Part shown: one piece after another, positions 49,120 through 62,936 of the stretch | How positions within the stretch are numbered: position 1 is the first letter of the stretch | Layout: every line of letters starts with the position of its first letter | Source of the DNA: Psilocybe cubensis | Taxonomy: Eukaryota | Reading direction: 5' to 3' | Assembly (NCBI GenBank): GCA_017499595.2 | Contig: CM039000.1 | Location: forward strand, 3,286,001 to 3,350,000 | DNA length: 64,000 bases | Notes under the pieces: model-generated | Seen by the model: only the letters and a program-made list of their open reading frames with translations | Databases searched by the model: none | Told to the model about the DNA's origin: nothing | Translations under genes and position numbers: made by a program

Positions 49120-51283
49120 TGATAATGAAGGAGGTTGTCGATGTACGTAGCAGAGATGGGAACAGATTTCGAGTTTATTTGGCCGGAGTGAACGGGTTAA
49201 GGTTGGTCTAGCGGATTTATTTATTTGCGTGGCACGGCGTATCGTTGCTTGTCCTCTTCCATGATGTTCCAGGGCTTTCTCGTACTTTCACTCGTATCTC
49301 ATATTTTCCAAGTTCCAACGCCCGTGTTGTTTTCGTATATCACTTCGTCTTTTTGTATAACATCGTCATGAAAGCGGAAAAGCATGCAATTTTGCTCCGG
49401 TGCTGTCTCACAAATTTATCACCCAACGGTTCATCAAATCTTTGTTCATTTTGTTCCAACAAGATCTTCAAAAACTTCATCATGCCTCATGGAGCGACTA
49501 TAATGCACTTCATTTTCGGCCTCTGCTCGGAAGATCCAATCTCCTACTTGGATTGTAGTCCCCAAGTAACGCGAGGCACCAGATTTTCACACATGAAAAC
49601 AATCTTGTATTGCACGAGGCTCTCCACCTTGCAATTGTCTCTGAAATATGTCAAGTCTTGATGCTGTCTTCATTCCAATAATCTCACCGTCTTCTGAAGC
49701 CTCACGATTATGGTGGAGCCCCAAAGATTTGCCGTTCTCTACATCACCTCCTCGGATTGTGTCATCTGCGTTCCTGGCTCTGCTCTATGCTCATGGCGTG
49801 GGCACCTACGCCTGTCATTGGTTTAGACCAACGGGATTTGTTACATATCGTGCCTTGACTGATGCCAATGCAAGGTCAGTCCTATAATATCTCGTGTTCT
49901 CTTGATTTGACACTGGTTATCTTTTATTGCGAAATCCCGATATAAGTCTCGATGTTCCGAGCCAAAAAAAAAAAAAAAACCCACAGCCCAGACGCTCATT
50001 TGACACCTAAGCTAATGAATGCATTAGTCTGTCAGACTTGCAGTGCACCTGATAATACTATATATGATTATAACTGCATCTGTAGGCGCCGTTCTATCGC
50101 TAGTGAGCGATCGCACACCTAGCTACCAGTTGGGACCAGGAGGCCCGGTGGAAATGGAGAGTATGTGATCCGGTTACCTATAACGTACGCCGTTCAAAAA
50201 TCTGTAACGACGACTATTTCCATTTTTCAGAATCCAATCTACCTCCATTTCTAGACACGCAATTGTCTAAATCTTTTTGAATCCTGAAAATAGTAATCAC
50301 AAGTGCTTGAGGCAAGCCACTACAAGCTACCGATAGCGGCCTTGACGGCCGGCGCCTCTGAACGGACCTGATGCCCGACAACAATACTACCTGCATTAGC
50401 AAATTTTTAGTCCGTGACGTTTATTTGTTTGTAGGCGCCACCTCATTTTTTCTCTGATGTAGGTCCGAGTCGGTATGTCGCGGTCATCCTAGCTTTTTAT
50501 GTCCTTTTAACACATACCAAGACTATACGGTCTATGTCTCATAAACCAAGCATAATTGGACGGTCTCGGTGGTAATGTTATTTCCACTAGTTTCCGCGCA
50601 TGGTCAAATCTATTCTGTCAAACACATATGGTCAACCATTTGGCTCCGCCTCGCCGGGGACACATTGTCAATGCGTATGGGAATATCATCGCTTTTCTTT
50701 TGTTCTCGACCTTGCCATAATCTTTACATATTCCTACTTTGATTTGCTGCCGTGAAGGAGGGAGCGAACGCCACCGCCGTATGTTTTAAAGACCCATTAC
50801 CCTATACAATCGGGAGTTGGTTGTAGCATATTTTGCATTCGAGGACTACGTTTATGTCGGGTCAATGGCAGGAAACAACTTAGGCTTGAACTCTGCGGCG
50901 AGGTGGGAGTTGACCTTTTCATAGTCAAGCACTGATGAAAAGCTCACGTATATTGGCAAAAATTTAGATGCCGTATAGCAGATATTAGATTTGGATCGTA
51001 CCCCCGATTTCCTGGGATCATGGACTAATTAGTATCGGGCCTGAGAATGGGGGAAGAAAGGGCCAACGCGGAAAGGTCAAATAAATGAGCACGTCCTTCG
51101 CAAAGACCGTGACGCGAACTTTAAGAAGGGACACCTCTCCGTGGATTATCCCCACCACGCTCTCGTCCTCGAGCCTACCCCTGGAACATTGAGTTCGCGT
51201 ATTTTACCTCGTGGTTCAACATATATCTTCGACCCGTCCTTTATATTTCTCTTTGTTGACCTTCCACCCCGTGCTCAACCACC

Positions 51284-52772
51284 ATGACTATTGCTTTGAC
51301 CCCCGTCATCAACTCGCCTCCAAAGCCGACTTCGTTCAAGCTTCCTGATCTTGTATCCCATTGTAAATTTGCGTTGTCCTATAACGTCAATGGTGATGAA
51401 GTCGCTCAACAGTCCGTTGACTGGCTTGACACTAACTGCCCGGATCTGAACCCTAAACAACGGCTGGCTCTACGTGGACTGCAAGCGGGGGAACTCACGG
51501 CTTATTGCTACCATAGTGCATCGGCAGAGCGACTACGTGTCGTGTCTGATTTCATGAACTACCTTTTCCATCTGTGCGTGATACCACTTTATTATTCCGC
51601 ATAACCTCATGTCTCTCTTGTGCGGGACATGAGGCTGATGCTTGTGTTTGCCGCTGAACTCATTCAATGTTATTTCTGCCAGTGACAACATCAGCGATGG
51701 AATGATGACTCGGGAGACTAACGTCTTAGCTGATTCCGTCATGAATGCTTTATGGTTCAGTGATGAATACGTCCCCACTAAAGCAGCGGGACGCAAAGAG
51801 GAGCTTAATCCTGGAAAGCTTGCCAGAGAGTCAGTGTCGATCCAATTTATTTAACCTTTTGATCGCCAACGGATCGTGGGCTAATTCTATTTTTAGTTTT
51901 TGGGCGCGTTGCATTCCAGGCTGCGGCCCTGGTGCACAAGCTAGGTTCAAAGAGACAATGTCACTTTTCTTCACTTGCGTGAACATTGAGGCGCGAGCCC
52001 GTGATGAGGGTATTATTCCAGATCTGGAAACGTACATCGACATTCGCAGAGACACATCAGGTAATGCTAAATCTCACACAAATTGGCGCTGTTCGGCTGC
52101 TGATAATTACTGTCTGGTAGGATGCAAGCCTTGTTGGGCACTTATTGAGTATGTTATGTCGCGTGTATGACGTTGACAAATGTGCAGTCATTAATCTATC
52201 TGTCAGGTATGCTCAGGACATAGACCTTCCGGATTTCGTTGTGGATCATCCTGTCATTCATGCTCTTGGTCAAGGCGCAAACGACCTCGTAACTTGGTCT
52301 AATGTGAGCTATTATGAATTTTTTCAAATGGTCCCCCATGCAAAAAACACGTTTAATTAATTATCCTCACAGGACATTTTTTCATACAATGTTGAACAAT
52401 CCCGAGGCGACACGCATAACATGATCATTATCCTCATGCATCACAACGCCATGACCTTGCAAGAGGCTGTGGACTATGTTGGAGAGCTATGCGCACAGAC
52501 CATCGATACGTTCTGCCGAAACAAACAAAACTTGCCGTCATGGAACCCAGAAGTTGACGACATGGTTGCACGATATGTGCAAGGTCTCCAGGACTGGATC
52601 GTGGGGTATGCACTTTCTTTTTTTGTAGTATTTTTCTTCGGTGTCTGACATGAAATAACTGTATTTTCTCAGGTCTTTACACTGGAGCTTCCAGACACGC
52701 CGTTACTTCGGTGAGCAAGGAATGGAGGTTAAGAAACATAGAGTTGTCAAGTTGTTGCCATTGAGGGTTTGA
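51284..52772 (+). CDS. Sesquiterpene synthase, Cop3 (alpha-muurolene synthase)-like
   Basis: FKLPDLVSHC, LQAGELTAYCY, Asp-rich YLFHLDNISDGMMTRE, RRDTSGCKPCW, NSE motif WSNDIFSYNVEQ, WSFQTRRYFG. Closely matches the Coprinopsis Cop3 sequence as I remember it. Confidence 0.93.
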
Positions 52773-53258
52773 GTCATTCTTTCCGTCTGGATATCTATAC
52801 ATAATTAGTCCTAGCTACTCGCACTTTGCGGTACTATATATTACGAGCCTTCGATCTTCTTTATAGTAGACTGATATTTGACAATATATCATACTGATTA
52901 TAATTTTACCTTTGATGCAAAACTCAGACCTGAAATCAGCTGTTGAAAACGTTGCAATCGCAAGTCACCTAGCCTGATATTTTCTTATTGTTCGAGTCAG
53001 AAGTGGCGGACTTCGGTTGTTAACTGCAGGTGTTCCGTTATGACGGAATCTATCAATCAATATACCCTTAACTGCTCACGCGGTCTATAGCAGCCGCAAT
53101 GCGCAATATATTTCCTTAAACCGACGCTGCTTATATGGAACCCTCAAAGGTCAAGTTGATACAATAAAGTTATTCAATTGAAGATAGTACATAGATCCAT
53201 CCAGTGACGACTCATACTACTACAAGGTCTGGCGTGTTATCGTTAAATAATCGTGAAT

Positions 53259-54126
53259 CTACAAGTGGGTGACGGAAAGGGATGAGCTGCTGCCAATGGA
53301 AACGCTGGTGAGAGTTTTCGAGTTCTGCTGCATGTCGATGATGGTGCCTCCGGTGACACCGACGGATTGGGAGGAGGTTGAGGCAGAAGCACCGGTGAAG
53401 GTGACTGTGCCGAAGTTGGTGAGGGTCACAAGAGATCCTCCCTCCTCAAAGTCCTCAACGATCCACTCAGCGTTCTGGCCGGCAAGGGCAGCCTGTTTAA
53501 ATGAATTAGACGGAGTTAGTTAGCCAGAATTCTCACTTGGAACGCGGAGTGTTATTTACCGAGGAAGAAGGTGCGCTGACGGACTGGGTGATTGACTTGC
53601 CGGTGGAGACGTTGGTCATCACAACGGTACCAGTAGTCTTGGATGTGGAGTGAACGCTGACCGTGATGGTCTGGCCGGCAGAGATGGGGAAGTTGTTGAA
53701 GTCGATCGCGAAGTTGGGGAACCACTCAAACCAAGCTTGGTAAGAGACGCGACCGTTGGTGACGGTGAAGTCAACACCGGATTGGAGGATGGAGTTCTGG
53801 GCAGTGTCTCCGTCAATTCCAACCCAGGCAGAGGCAGCGCCATTGCCGCTGGGTGTGGGGACGACAAAGGTTCCGGTGACGGTCGTGAAGGTCTGTCCAG
53901 AAGGTGGGCTTTCGAGGACGACACCAGACCAGTTGGAACTGAATTCAACGTGGCTGTTGTTGGTTGGGACTACACCTGCCTGCAAAACTCTTGATGGGTC
54001 GGCGCGAACAAGGGCACGCGAGCTACGAGCACGCGAGGCAATGCGTTCCTGGAGGCGGGAAGGACGCGCGGCCGCGAGATCGGCGAAGAGGAATGCAAAA
54101 GCAACGGCAGCAGTGGAGAACTTCAT
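53259..54126 (-). CDS. Secreted glutamic protease, family G1 (eqolisin / Peptidase_A4)
   Basis: Signal peptide and basic propeptide; SSNWSGVV; SAWVGIDG; catalytic Gln in ILQSGVD; WFEWFP; catalytic Glu in QNAEWIVEDF; one intron; stop TAG at 53259-53261. Confidence 0.95.
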
Positions 54127-55228
54127 GTCGAGTTTGTCAGAAGATACGAGCGAAGGCTAGCTGGTTAGAAAACACCTGAGCTACGACAGGTTTTATAGTA
54201 CAATTCTTCCTGTATACTGGTCAGAATATTCAGCAGAACCGCTACAGTTACCGCATTGTGATATCCCATATTTTTTAATCAGGTCGCATGGGGCGCTGCA
54301 TCATGTGAAGAAGAGAAGCTCTGAAGCACGCTGCAGTGACTCCATATCACGACGATTTTCTTCGCTTGCATACCAACTTCGTTGTCGAATGCACCGGTTT
54401 CGTATTAGCCTGCGGCGAGGATGCACAAACAAGGAAATTGAATGCAGATGGAGATGTGAGATAAGAAACGGAACGACTAAAATTGCTATCATGTGCGTTG
54501 GCTGTTGTGATAATCATGCAAGAATCGTGAGTGAAAGAAGAAAGGTTACATGGTTGTTGCAGCAATGTTATTTTTAGATGACTTATTAATAGCGCATTTG
54601 CCTTTCCGACGTTCTCACAAAACTATACCTCGCTGCACCGGCATGCGTATCATTCTATCGCGGCATATGCATCCTAGATGACGTGTATTACTCATCTGAT
54701 AGATTTACAGCAAGTAAAACTGTCACGATAAACCATGGACTGTAGTGCTTCTTGTCATATAATTTATCTCAATGTTGCGATAGTGTTATTAGGACAGAAT
54801 ACCCGGTCGTTCGAAAACCGGTGGAACTTGTAATAGTTCCGCTATTTAATTATGCCGCTGTATACTATGTACTAACATGACACGATAAAATTGCTCTGTG
54901 GGTGTCAATGCGCGCTATTGCAATACAAATTAATAATATCCACTACATATATGAGGGTACTGTGATGTTCAATCAAAGTGATATATGTTGCATTTACTCT
55001 ACTTGTGTAACAGTCTCTACATACTTGGGATAATACTTGATAATGGTTGCTTTTTTTGACCTTCAATGTTTGACTTGGGATTCCAGCGGCAAATCAAGCG
55101 CATCTATTTATAGACGGTCGCTTGCGTGACCGCGTTTGGGTAAATGACGTCAGTGTGTTTGTCTCGGAGTCTTCCTGGAGCACTCAAAAGAGGCGCAAAA
55201 TGAGAGATTTACAGGTTGAACACGAACC

Positions 55229-56513
55229 ATGAACACTCTTTTTCGCCCTTTATTGCGCTCTGTCGCTGTCCGAAATGTCCCGCTCGCCTATCGCCGCCCA
55301 CCGCCTATTGTAAGAAGACCCCAATTCATGGGAAGTACCTCCATTCTGCAGCAGGCAAGATTGGTTGCCAGCAGTGTCTCCGGCCGTCCTGGTAGTCAAA
55401 GCCTTGAACATGCAGCTACAAATGTGAAGGAAGAACTTGGAAACTCGGCGCAAGATCTCGCTAAGATGATTGCTGGGGCGAATGTTACTATGGACAGCGT
55501 CGTCGACTCAAGTGGTGCATCATTTGTGGGGCATGTTCAATGCATTACATCATAGGATTTCTTAACAAATCTATGTTATTACAGATTGGAATTACTTCTA
55601 AGATTGCCCATGAAGTACCGCAGCCTATCTTCGTTCTTGGCTTGGCTGGTATGGTATACGTATGCTTTTTTATGATTTAAATATTTACACGAGGTCTTCA
55701 ACTAGGCGGAATTCCCTACATTGCTGCTTCTGCTACTACTGTGTATTTGGCTCACAAAGCACAGCTCGCAGCCAGCGGCCTTGACATAGGGATGGATCCA
55801 GGCGTTGCGTTGACCATCCTCGATCAAGCTTTAAATTTGCAAGTAACTTATGGTGCAGTCATGCTCTCGTTCTTGGGTAAGTTTCCTCATAGTTCTTTGT
55901 CACATTCTCTTATAAAGTATAATGCTATTTCAGGGGCAATGCATTGGGGTATGGAATTTGCAGCATATGGAGGCCACAAAGGATTCCCTCGACTTATTCT
56001 TGGAACCATCCCCATGCTGGTTGCATGGCCCACATTGGGTATGCAGCCCATGACAGCACTTATAGTACAATGGTGCGGTTTCACCGGGCTCTGGTACGCT
56101 GATTCAAAAGCTACGGTAGCTGGATGGAGTCAGTCATCATATAACTAAACAATGATCGGATTTTTGACTTTTTCAATGTCACAGCACCCAAGTGGTATTC
56201 GCAATATAGGTTCTACCTCTCAATTCTCGTCGGGACATGGTACGTTTTGCAGTTTCCGCGTAGACCGCCCATTGAAATCTATCTTAGTATCATTGGATCT
56301 CTGGCCGGAACATCATACTTTGGACCCGTCGCTGGCCATGGATTGCTCACTCATGACCTTGATGAATTGCGTGAGGAGAGAAGAAAAACTATGCCATCTA
56401 AGCATGGCATGATTGTTGGCCCCATCGAAGCAGTCCCAGCACCTGAAAACGCTGACCATTTCACCCGCATACATAAACGTGATATCAAGCAAGAGCAGCA
56501 AAAGCAGCAGTGA
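55229..56513 (+). CDS. DUF3429/TMEM69-like mitochondrial membrane protein
   Basis: Arg-rich presequence; LGLAGGIPY; QVTYGAVMLSFLGAMHWGMEFAAYGGHKG; GWTPKWYSQYRFYLS. Confidence 0.85.
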
Positions 56514-57599
56514 ATTGATTTTGTTCGAATACGCCAGTGTAGCAGTAAATCTTGATACAAACGTAATTGAAACCCACTCGCCGTATGCCACGAATACCGA
56601 TAGCCTCACTCTGTACTCTATGTAGTTTGTATGTAATTGTATACTCGCCCAATATTCAGTGTACAGATTTTTGTGCCTAACGTAGCGATATGCAAGTAGT
56701 TCCCCGATGCCAATTGAAAGTGGGGTGGACATGAAATCAATCGGACATGTTACCAAATGGAAAACGAAGATCTGCCCCCGCGTGCGCCACACATGCCAAT
56801 TAGCATTGAAGGTTTTGCTTCCGTAATGGACCCGGGAGGCGATGATGACATTGTCGGTAATTCTGAAGCCAACACTCCATTTTGAACGGAAAACCTTATA
56901 CCTTATATACTGAATTCAAGGTACATAATTGAAAGAGATCCGTGCGCATACAGAATTGTAAAAACAAGTGAATACATACCTGTATGCGACTATATCGGGG
57001 ACTAATGGTACCTGAGTATGCCTTTGGACTGCTCATCGACTAGGCACGGTGAACATGCTCTGAGCGAGACATCACATCAAAATGCTATGCAAAATCACAA
57101 TACTTGGGTGATCTATTTTATTCGGGGCTGTATGACGTCTCCTTACCTTTCTCATCAAGGAAACCAAGCTTCATGTTACAGAGTCTAGAATGGTCGAGAT
57201 ATTTCTTCGACAAGTTGGTGTCCTAAGTGTTCTATGGAGAAATAGGACAATCGGCCGCTAGCAGCTAAGACTTGTAGTTATACCCGTTAATCCATCTGCT
57301 TTAGCTCTTGCCGTCGGTGATCATGATCTTGAAGCTTCTTCGCATTTGAGATGATGCATCGGATAGGCTATACAATGATTATTATAGATCTGAAAGATCA
57401 ACCTCACGAACGGGGTAATGTTTATTAACGGAAGTATGTGGGTAGGTGCTGAATGAGAAGTTCCGAGAACAGGTAGCCGCCGGTATTTACCAAACCGCGA
57501 AGTCGACCTTCGGGAAAAAAAGAATATGAGCAAAGGTGTGCGTAAAGGTGATATGAGGAGCCATAGAGTTAAAGGTATACGATTCTGACCCTCCAATAG

Positions 57600-58716
57600 A
57601 TTAAAATTGACATCCGTAAATCGCGCAACGAGTCTGGCATCTCAGTCGCTGTCGATTATCGGGGGTGACAGAGACATCAAAACACCAGCATTTTCCCTTG
57701 AACACGGAAATACGCTTCAATGGCACCGTCAGAAAGTGTTGGAACGACTCTGTAGCGTTCGGTAGCCAGATTCGTCGAATCCAGTATGGTTCGTGCGTTA
57801 TCAGTGACATCCATCTCCGAGTCCTCTAGTCCATCTGTAGTAAGGGTAACGGTGTCTTCGGCAACATCGAGTTTTGTCACCACATGAGGCTTCAAGCGAT
57901 CGCAATACCTGACCGGCAGTTTAATTAAAACAAGGCCCGAAAATTCGGATGTGTTCCTCTTCAGATAATCAGAACCATGAAGAACTGGAACTGCTTCCTG
58001 CTGTAGGTATGACGTAGGACTAGGAACGCCCACTCAGATATGAAATGGGGAAGTCGATCGCGAGCCTTGTGTATGATTTAAAAGGCATATACGACTCGGC
58101 AAAGACGTAAGATGAACTATTCCAAATCGTCGATATAGGTATAAAATTTGTTGACGAAGGATCAAAACATTGGCGTGTGCTTGATGGATTTGACGGCACA
58201 AGAGCTTTGTTAGCAAAATGGTCTAAGAATTGTCGGTGAATCCCATGAGAGATATATGCACACACTTGAGAAAACTGTGCCCGACATTTTGAGATCTCTA
58301 ATGGAGCCATGATTTCTCCTTGTATGCCTTCCAGAGACTCGCAACGTACATCACCTTTTAGCAGCAGCATCAATAGATGTATTGTTGCGTACTGCTTCGT
58401 ATGACCTGCGTGAGGGGGAAGGTTTCCTCGTGGGATGATATGTTAAGTCATCATAGTGATACTCACATCCCCTGATGATGTTTCATAAGGACCACTCAGC
58501 TCCAGAAAATAACAAACACGATCCTACAGTCTTTGCATCTACTTCGACAGGATGATAAGCTGGTGCGACTTGGTGAGCAATAAGTAGGACAGGAACTCAA
58601 ACAAAAGAACCCACAAAGCAGATGCATTGGCGTAGGAAGGAGACCAAAAATCACCCGGGTGGCTTAGACTTGTATTGCTTGTTGCATGATGATGGATTGA
58701 TGATAGAAAAGTTCAT
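57600..58716 (-). pseudogene. Possible decayed gene of unknown family
   Basis: Intron-like signals (gtgagt...cgcag near 58467-58406) and abutting same-frame ORFs 58034-58216 and 57677-58033 separated by one TGA. I could build no intact model and recognised no family motif. Confidence 0.25.
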
Positions 58717-59229
58717 AAAAAATAGCTGACTGACAGTATTTCCGGTAAATGCCGTGGCAGTAGCGAGCGCGAGCATGTGACCGCGTTTAATAACGAGTTA
58801 GGGGCTAATACGCGTTACGCGCGTGGCCATTGGAAACATTTTTTTCTGACTGGTTATCGCCTGAAGTTCAAATGAAGTAAAACTAGCCAACATCTATTTA
58901 TTACACAATCTTTCTGTACGGTATGGAGACATGGAGACGTGACTCAAGATAGCTTAGTATTCGGGGGTTCTCTGAGTCAGGAAGGTCACTATAGTGGTAT
59001 TCAATTTCTAAAATTGAATGAAAGAATATACTATTTACATCATGATTGCGTGTAGTTAAAGTTTTCAAAAGCAGTAAGCCCATTTACGTATGGTACAAGC
59101 TCCAGTCGAAGGTATAATCAACGAAGGAGAGTGTAGTGTACGTACACGTATTGTCAGGGCAAAAATATTACAGCATTACAAATGCCACCTCCAATGTTCC
59201 ACCGCGGCGGTGCAGCCATTTCTTTGTTC

Positions 59230-61277
59230 TTAGAGGGCCTTAATTGCATCGTCAAATAGCGCCAGCACCATAGGATATTGAATGTTGGAGTGTTGTCTCA
59301 GCTCTTTGTAGGTGGGCCTTTGAGTGTCTGGATCATCAATGCTTTCAGCTGCATCCAGCCTTTGTAAAACCATCGGCTTCAGATGCTCTCTGTACCGCGA
59401 GAGTAAAGTCCCAAATACCCCACCAAAGGGTGCAGAGGCATTGAGCTGCTTCCAAATATTATCATCGCGGAACAGTGCCTCCTTAGAAATGGCCTCGAGG
59501 GAAGGTGTCTCCTCGTTCCAAGGTCTGATGAAGATAGGCGACGCGTGTACAGAGATTGGTTTTTCCTTTGCACACTCGTTCCTTAGCGCAATGTAGCACA
59601 GTACATGAAAGAATGACTCCAGGTCATCGAAGTAGTCATGAGTAGTCCTTTGGGTGCGATCATTGAGAGATCGAAGAACAATGGTCGATTGGAACGGCCT
59701 CGTTCCCTAAAAATGAGATTTTAGTTGGGGAACTACATCGTTGATGATTCTATATGAAATACGTACCGTATTGTGGTTAGCAAAGTCGGGAACCAAGTTT
59801 TCGTTTTCGAGCCAGATTGCCTCGCTGAAGTCGATAAGAGTACCCTGCCCGTTGTTGTCCAATAAAATGTTGCTTATAGAAATATCACGATGGAGGACTC
59901 GATAATTCCATAACTGTTGGTGGGCTAGTCACAAAAATAAGGAAGTCAGTTTTGAAGCAAGTGTTAACGAGGAATCTGACTCACCCGCAATAGCACTACG
60001 CATAGCGATGAGCACACTTTTCGCGTCCTCAATATCAGAAAGGGGTACCCCAGCGTATTCGACAATTATTCTGGAATGTCTTTTCGCTTGATACTCGATG
60101 CCGCATGGTCCTCGGCTCATGCCATCTATCACTGCCTTGATGAATGAGGCCGGGTAGGACTCTCGCAAGTTAAATTCCCTTATCTTGCTGATTCCTTGAG
60201 CCAAGCCAGCACTTTTCAGAGAATCCAAAACGTGAGCTTCTGCAACGCGATTCCCTGTGGGGACCGGAATCCAGCTGTCCTTGACGACTACTAGTTTTCC
60301 CTCTGGGTCCCGAGCAAGCCAGCAGCAGGTCCCGTTTCCTATTAAGCCGTTATGTCGCCAACGGGGTTGGTTATTCAAGATTTCGTAAATTTGCGTATCT
60401 TCACATTGTTTATCAAGTTTTATGTAACCTTGACTTTTATCCTCTGACCAGCTTATGCAGGGATCGATCCCGATTTGCGCCTCGTCCTTGGAACTAATGG
60501 CCAGAACGAGACAAACAAATTCTATGGCCTCTTTGTGGATGTCAATTTGACGTGAATACCAACAGCCACTGCGGTCAAACAGGAAGAGTTGTGCCGACTC
60601 CTCCGTTAAGAAAAGAGAATAAACAAAATTTCTATTTTGTTGCACCTTGAAGCATTGCCTGTGTATACACACAGTCAGGAGGGTCCGCCGATGCAACGAT
60701 GATGAAGACCATACCTAGCATAAAGTGCCATTTGAATCCTTTCGCTGGTATGAACAACGTAGCTGTTTGGCTTGACATGGATTGGAGTAACACAGTTTGT
60801 GTATATCGAGAGGTCCACTGCCACATTATACTTGGAAACATGGGCAGCAGACGAGAAGCTGGCCCCAAAACCACAGATCGTGATATCTGGTAGCACCCTC
60901 AGTTGGTCCGTCTCTCCAATATCTTCTTCCCGAACACGATTCCGCAATTGCAGGCCGTCGATTTCTTTCTCAAATCGAACGTCGCGAGTCTCAGCCAAAC
61001 CCCCAAAGTAAATAATCGCCCTGATTATCTCGGACAACGGACCCGTAAGGTGGTGTTCGTTAATGACGTTTCTTTTCAGATGTTTCCATCTCTTGTTCTC
61101 GCCGTCGTATAGGGGACTATCATGGAGAAAGCGTTGGATGTCATCTTTCGGGAAAGGGCTGTTTGCTAAAAGTGAATCAGCCCAAGCATCGTTTTTGAAC
61201 ATACGATGTTTCAGTTCAGCTGAAATTTCCTTAAATTCATTCTTGAGGAAAATTAGAACAGAATTCGACTGTTCCAT
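59230..61277 (-). CDS. Fungal-type protein kinase (FunK1 / Pkinase_fungal)
   Basis: QMALYARQCF..QQNRNFVYSL, LFLFDRSG, GLIGNGTCCW, VVVKDSW, catalytic loop VLHRDISISNILL, LIDFSEAI, TGTRPFQS, HDYFDDLESFFHVL; stop TAA at 59230-59232. Confidence 0.92.
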
Positions 61278-62936
61278 AACTAGATGAGTGTCCAAGCAGT
61301 AATGAACTGTGAGCAGCCAATATGATAGAAAGGAAACGATGGGTAAAAGGAAAGGGAAGAGGGTACGACGAGAGCGCCTGAAAGATACCAGAGGCCACTT
61401 TAAATAATCGTTCAAAGCCATTAAACAGAACGTGCCACGGGCCACCACATTAACGTGAGGCCTGAGTCTGACTATTGTTTGCCATTATGGTGTTGAGCAC
61501 AGCTTGGATAAGCGCCTTCTACATGAGTATGGATGGTAAATGCTCCTTTTGGTCATGAATCTAACAAAGCCAAATGTGGAATAGTCGCGCCAACGGCAAA
61601 TGATACTGATAGACGTCTGAGTGGCGTAGGCTGGACATATGGGAACTTCAACGGTGAAGAACTGTCTGGAGGAATTCACCACTGTGGCCGACCCCGTTTG
61701 CAGAGATAAGCTACTCACTTCCTAAAGAGGTCCCGCGGCGGGAGGGCAACGTTGATTTAGCGTTGTCATGGTCCTATGAGTCTGAAATGACATCTCCAAT
61801 AGAATCGGAACGAGCCCAGGACTTTCTTCAACGAATGTGGCCAGTGCAACAAATCCATTCCGAGGAACATTAGGAGCTGCTGAAACCGACTTACTATGAA
61901 GGTGTCCTGATATATTTAAACTCCGTAAGGTGAATGCATTGTGTTACACCTCGGAGGTGTTTAACTGCAAGTTGACATGATCTGGACGTCTGAACTCGGC
62001 GTCGGTATCGAGTGACTACTGTTCATTTTGTATAACGCATGGCGACCCGTCGAAACCGATCAGAGAGACAATTATATCCAGTTAATTATACATAACTCAC
62101 TTGGCTCAACCACACACGAGGTTTGTTCTTGTGCACAGATAGATACGAGTTGAATTCTGTTGAATTGGGCTCACATACTGAACCCGCTTGGAAAATAGCC
62201 CCGAAGACTGTGCAGTGTTAATGGAGGGCCACACCAAAATTTCGATTGCGCGTACCAGAGGCTTGGTACCGATGAGATGATGTAGGGTTACTACTGGGGT
62301 ACAGCTTGAAAGACATGCCGGCCCATACTTTGCCATTCTCAGGAGACAACATGGGAAGCTTCAACTGGCTAGTGGAGGCCAGTGGCAGGCCCAATGACTG
62401 AATAAGCGAGATTCAGGTTTTGTAGAAGCTGTGGGATTTCCAATGGCATATTAACTCAGAATATAGCTCATCTGCATCATGTCTCGTACCTGTGTTGATT
62501 CATGAGATCAACTTGAAAAGTTGGGAACAACTTGAAGTGACATCTTGAACGCTGCACTATATGTCGAGCCTTCGCATTCTGGAGAAACTTTGGCTACATA
62601 ACATCAAGTAGTATCAGTAACCAAGGGTGAAGCCAGGTCTCCGCAAACTGTAAACTCGGATATGATGGACGCTAATGACAGAAGGGGAAAATGAATGATG
62701 GAGCAATTATGGGGCCACCGAATTGGCCAGGTCCCGTGCCTATAATGGCCCTGGTCACAATGGCTCTTTTGATTGCAACCAACGGCGAACACACCCTATC
62801 TCTTTCTTTAACTTCTTCTATCATTATTTGGATTATGACTTTATAGCTCACAGGTCACTCTTTTTTCCACCTTTCTTTTATGCCCAGGACTTTTGTTCTT
62901 GATTTCGAGGCGGGCTTCGACTAGTGTTCACGGCAG

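Noticed and set aside
61400-62900. Short LRR-like fragments such as LRILEKLWLHNI
   Set aside because: Frequent stops in all frames; too little to call a pseudogene.
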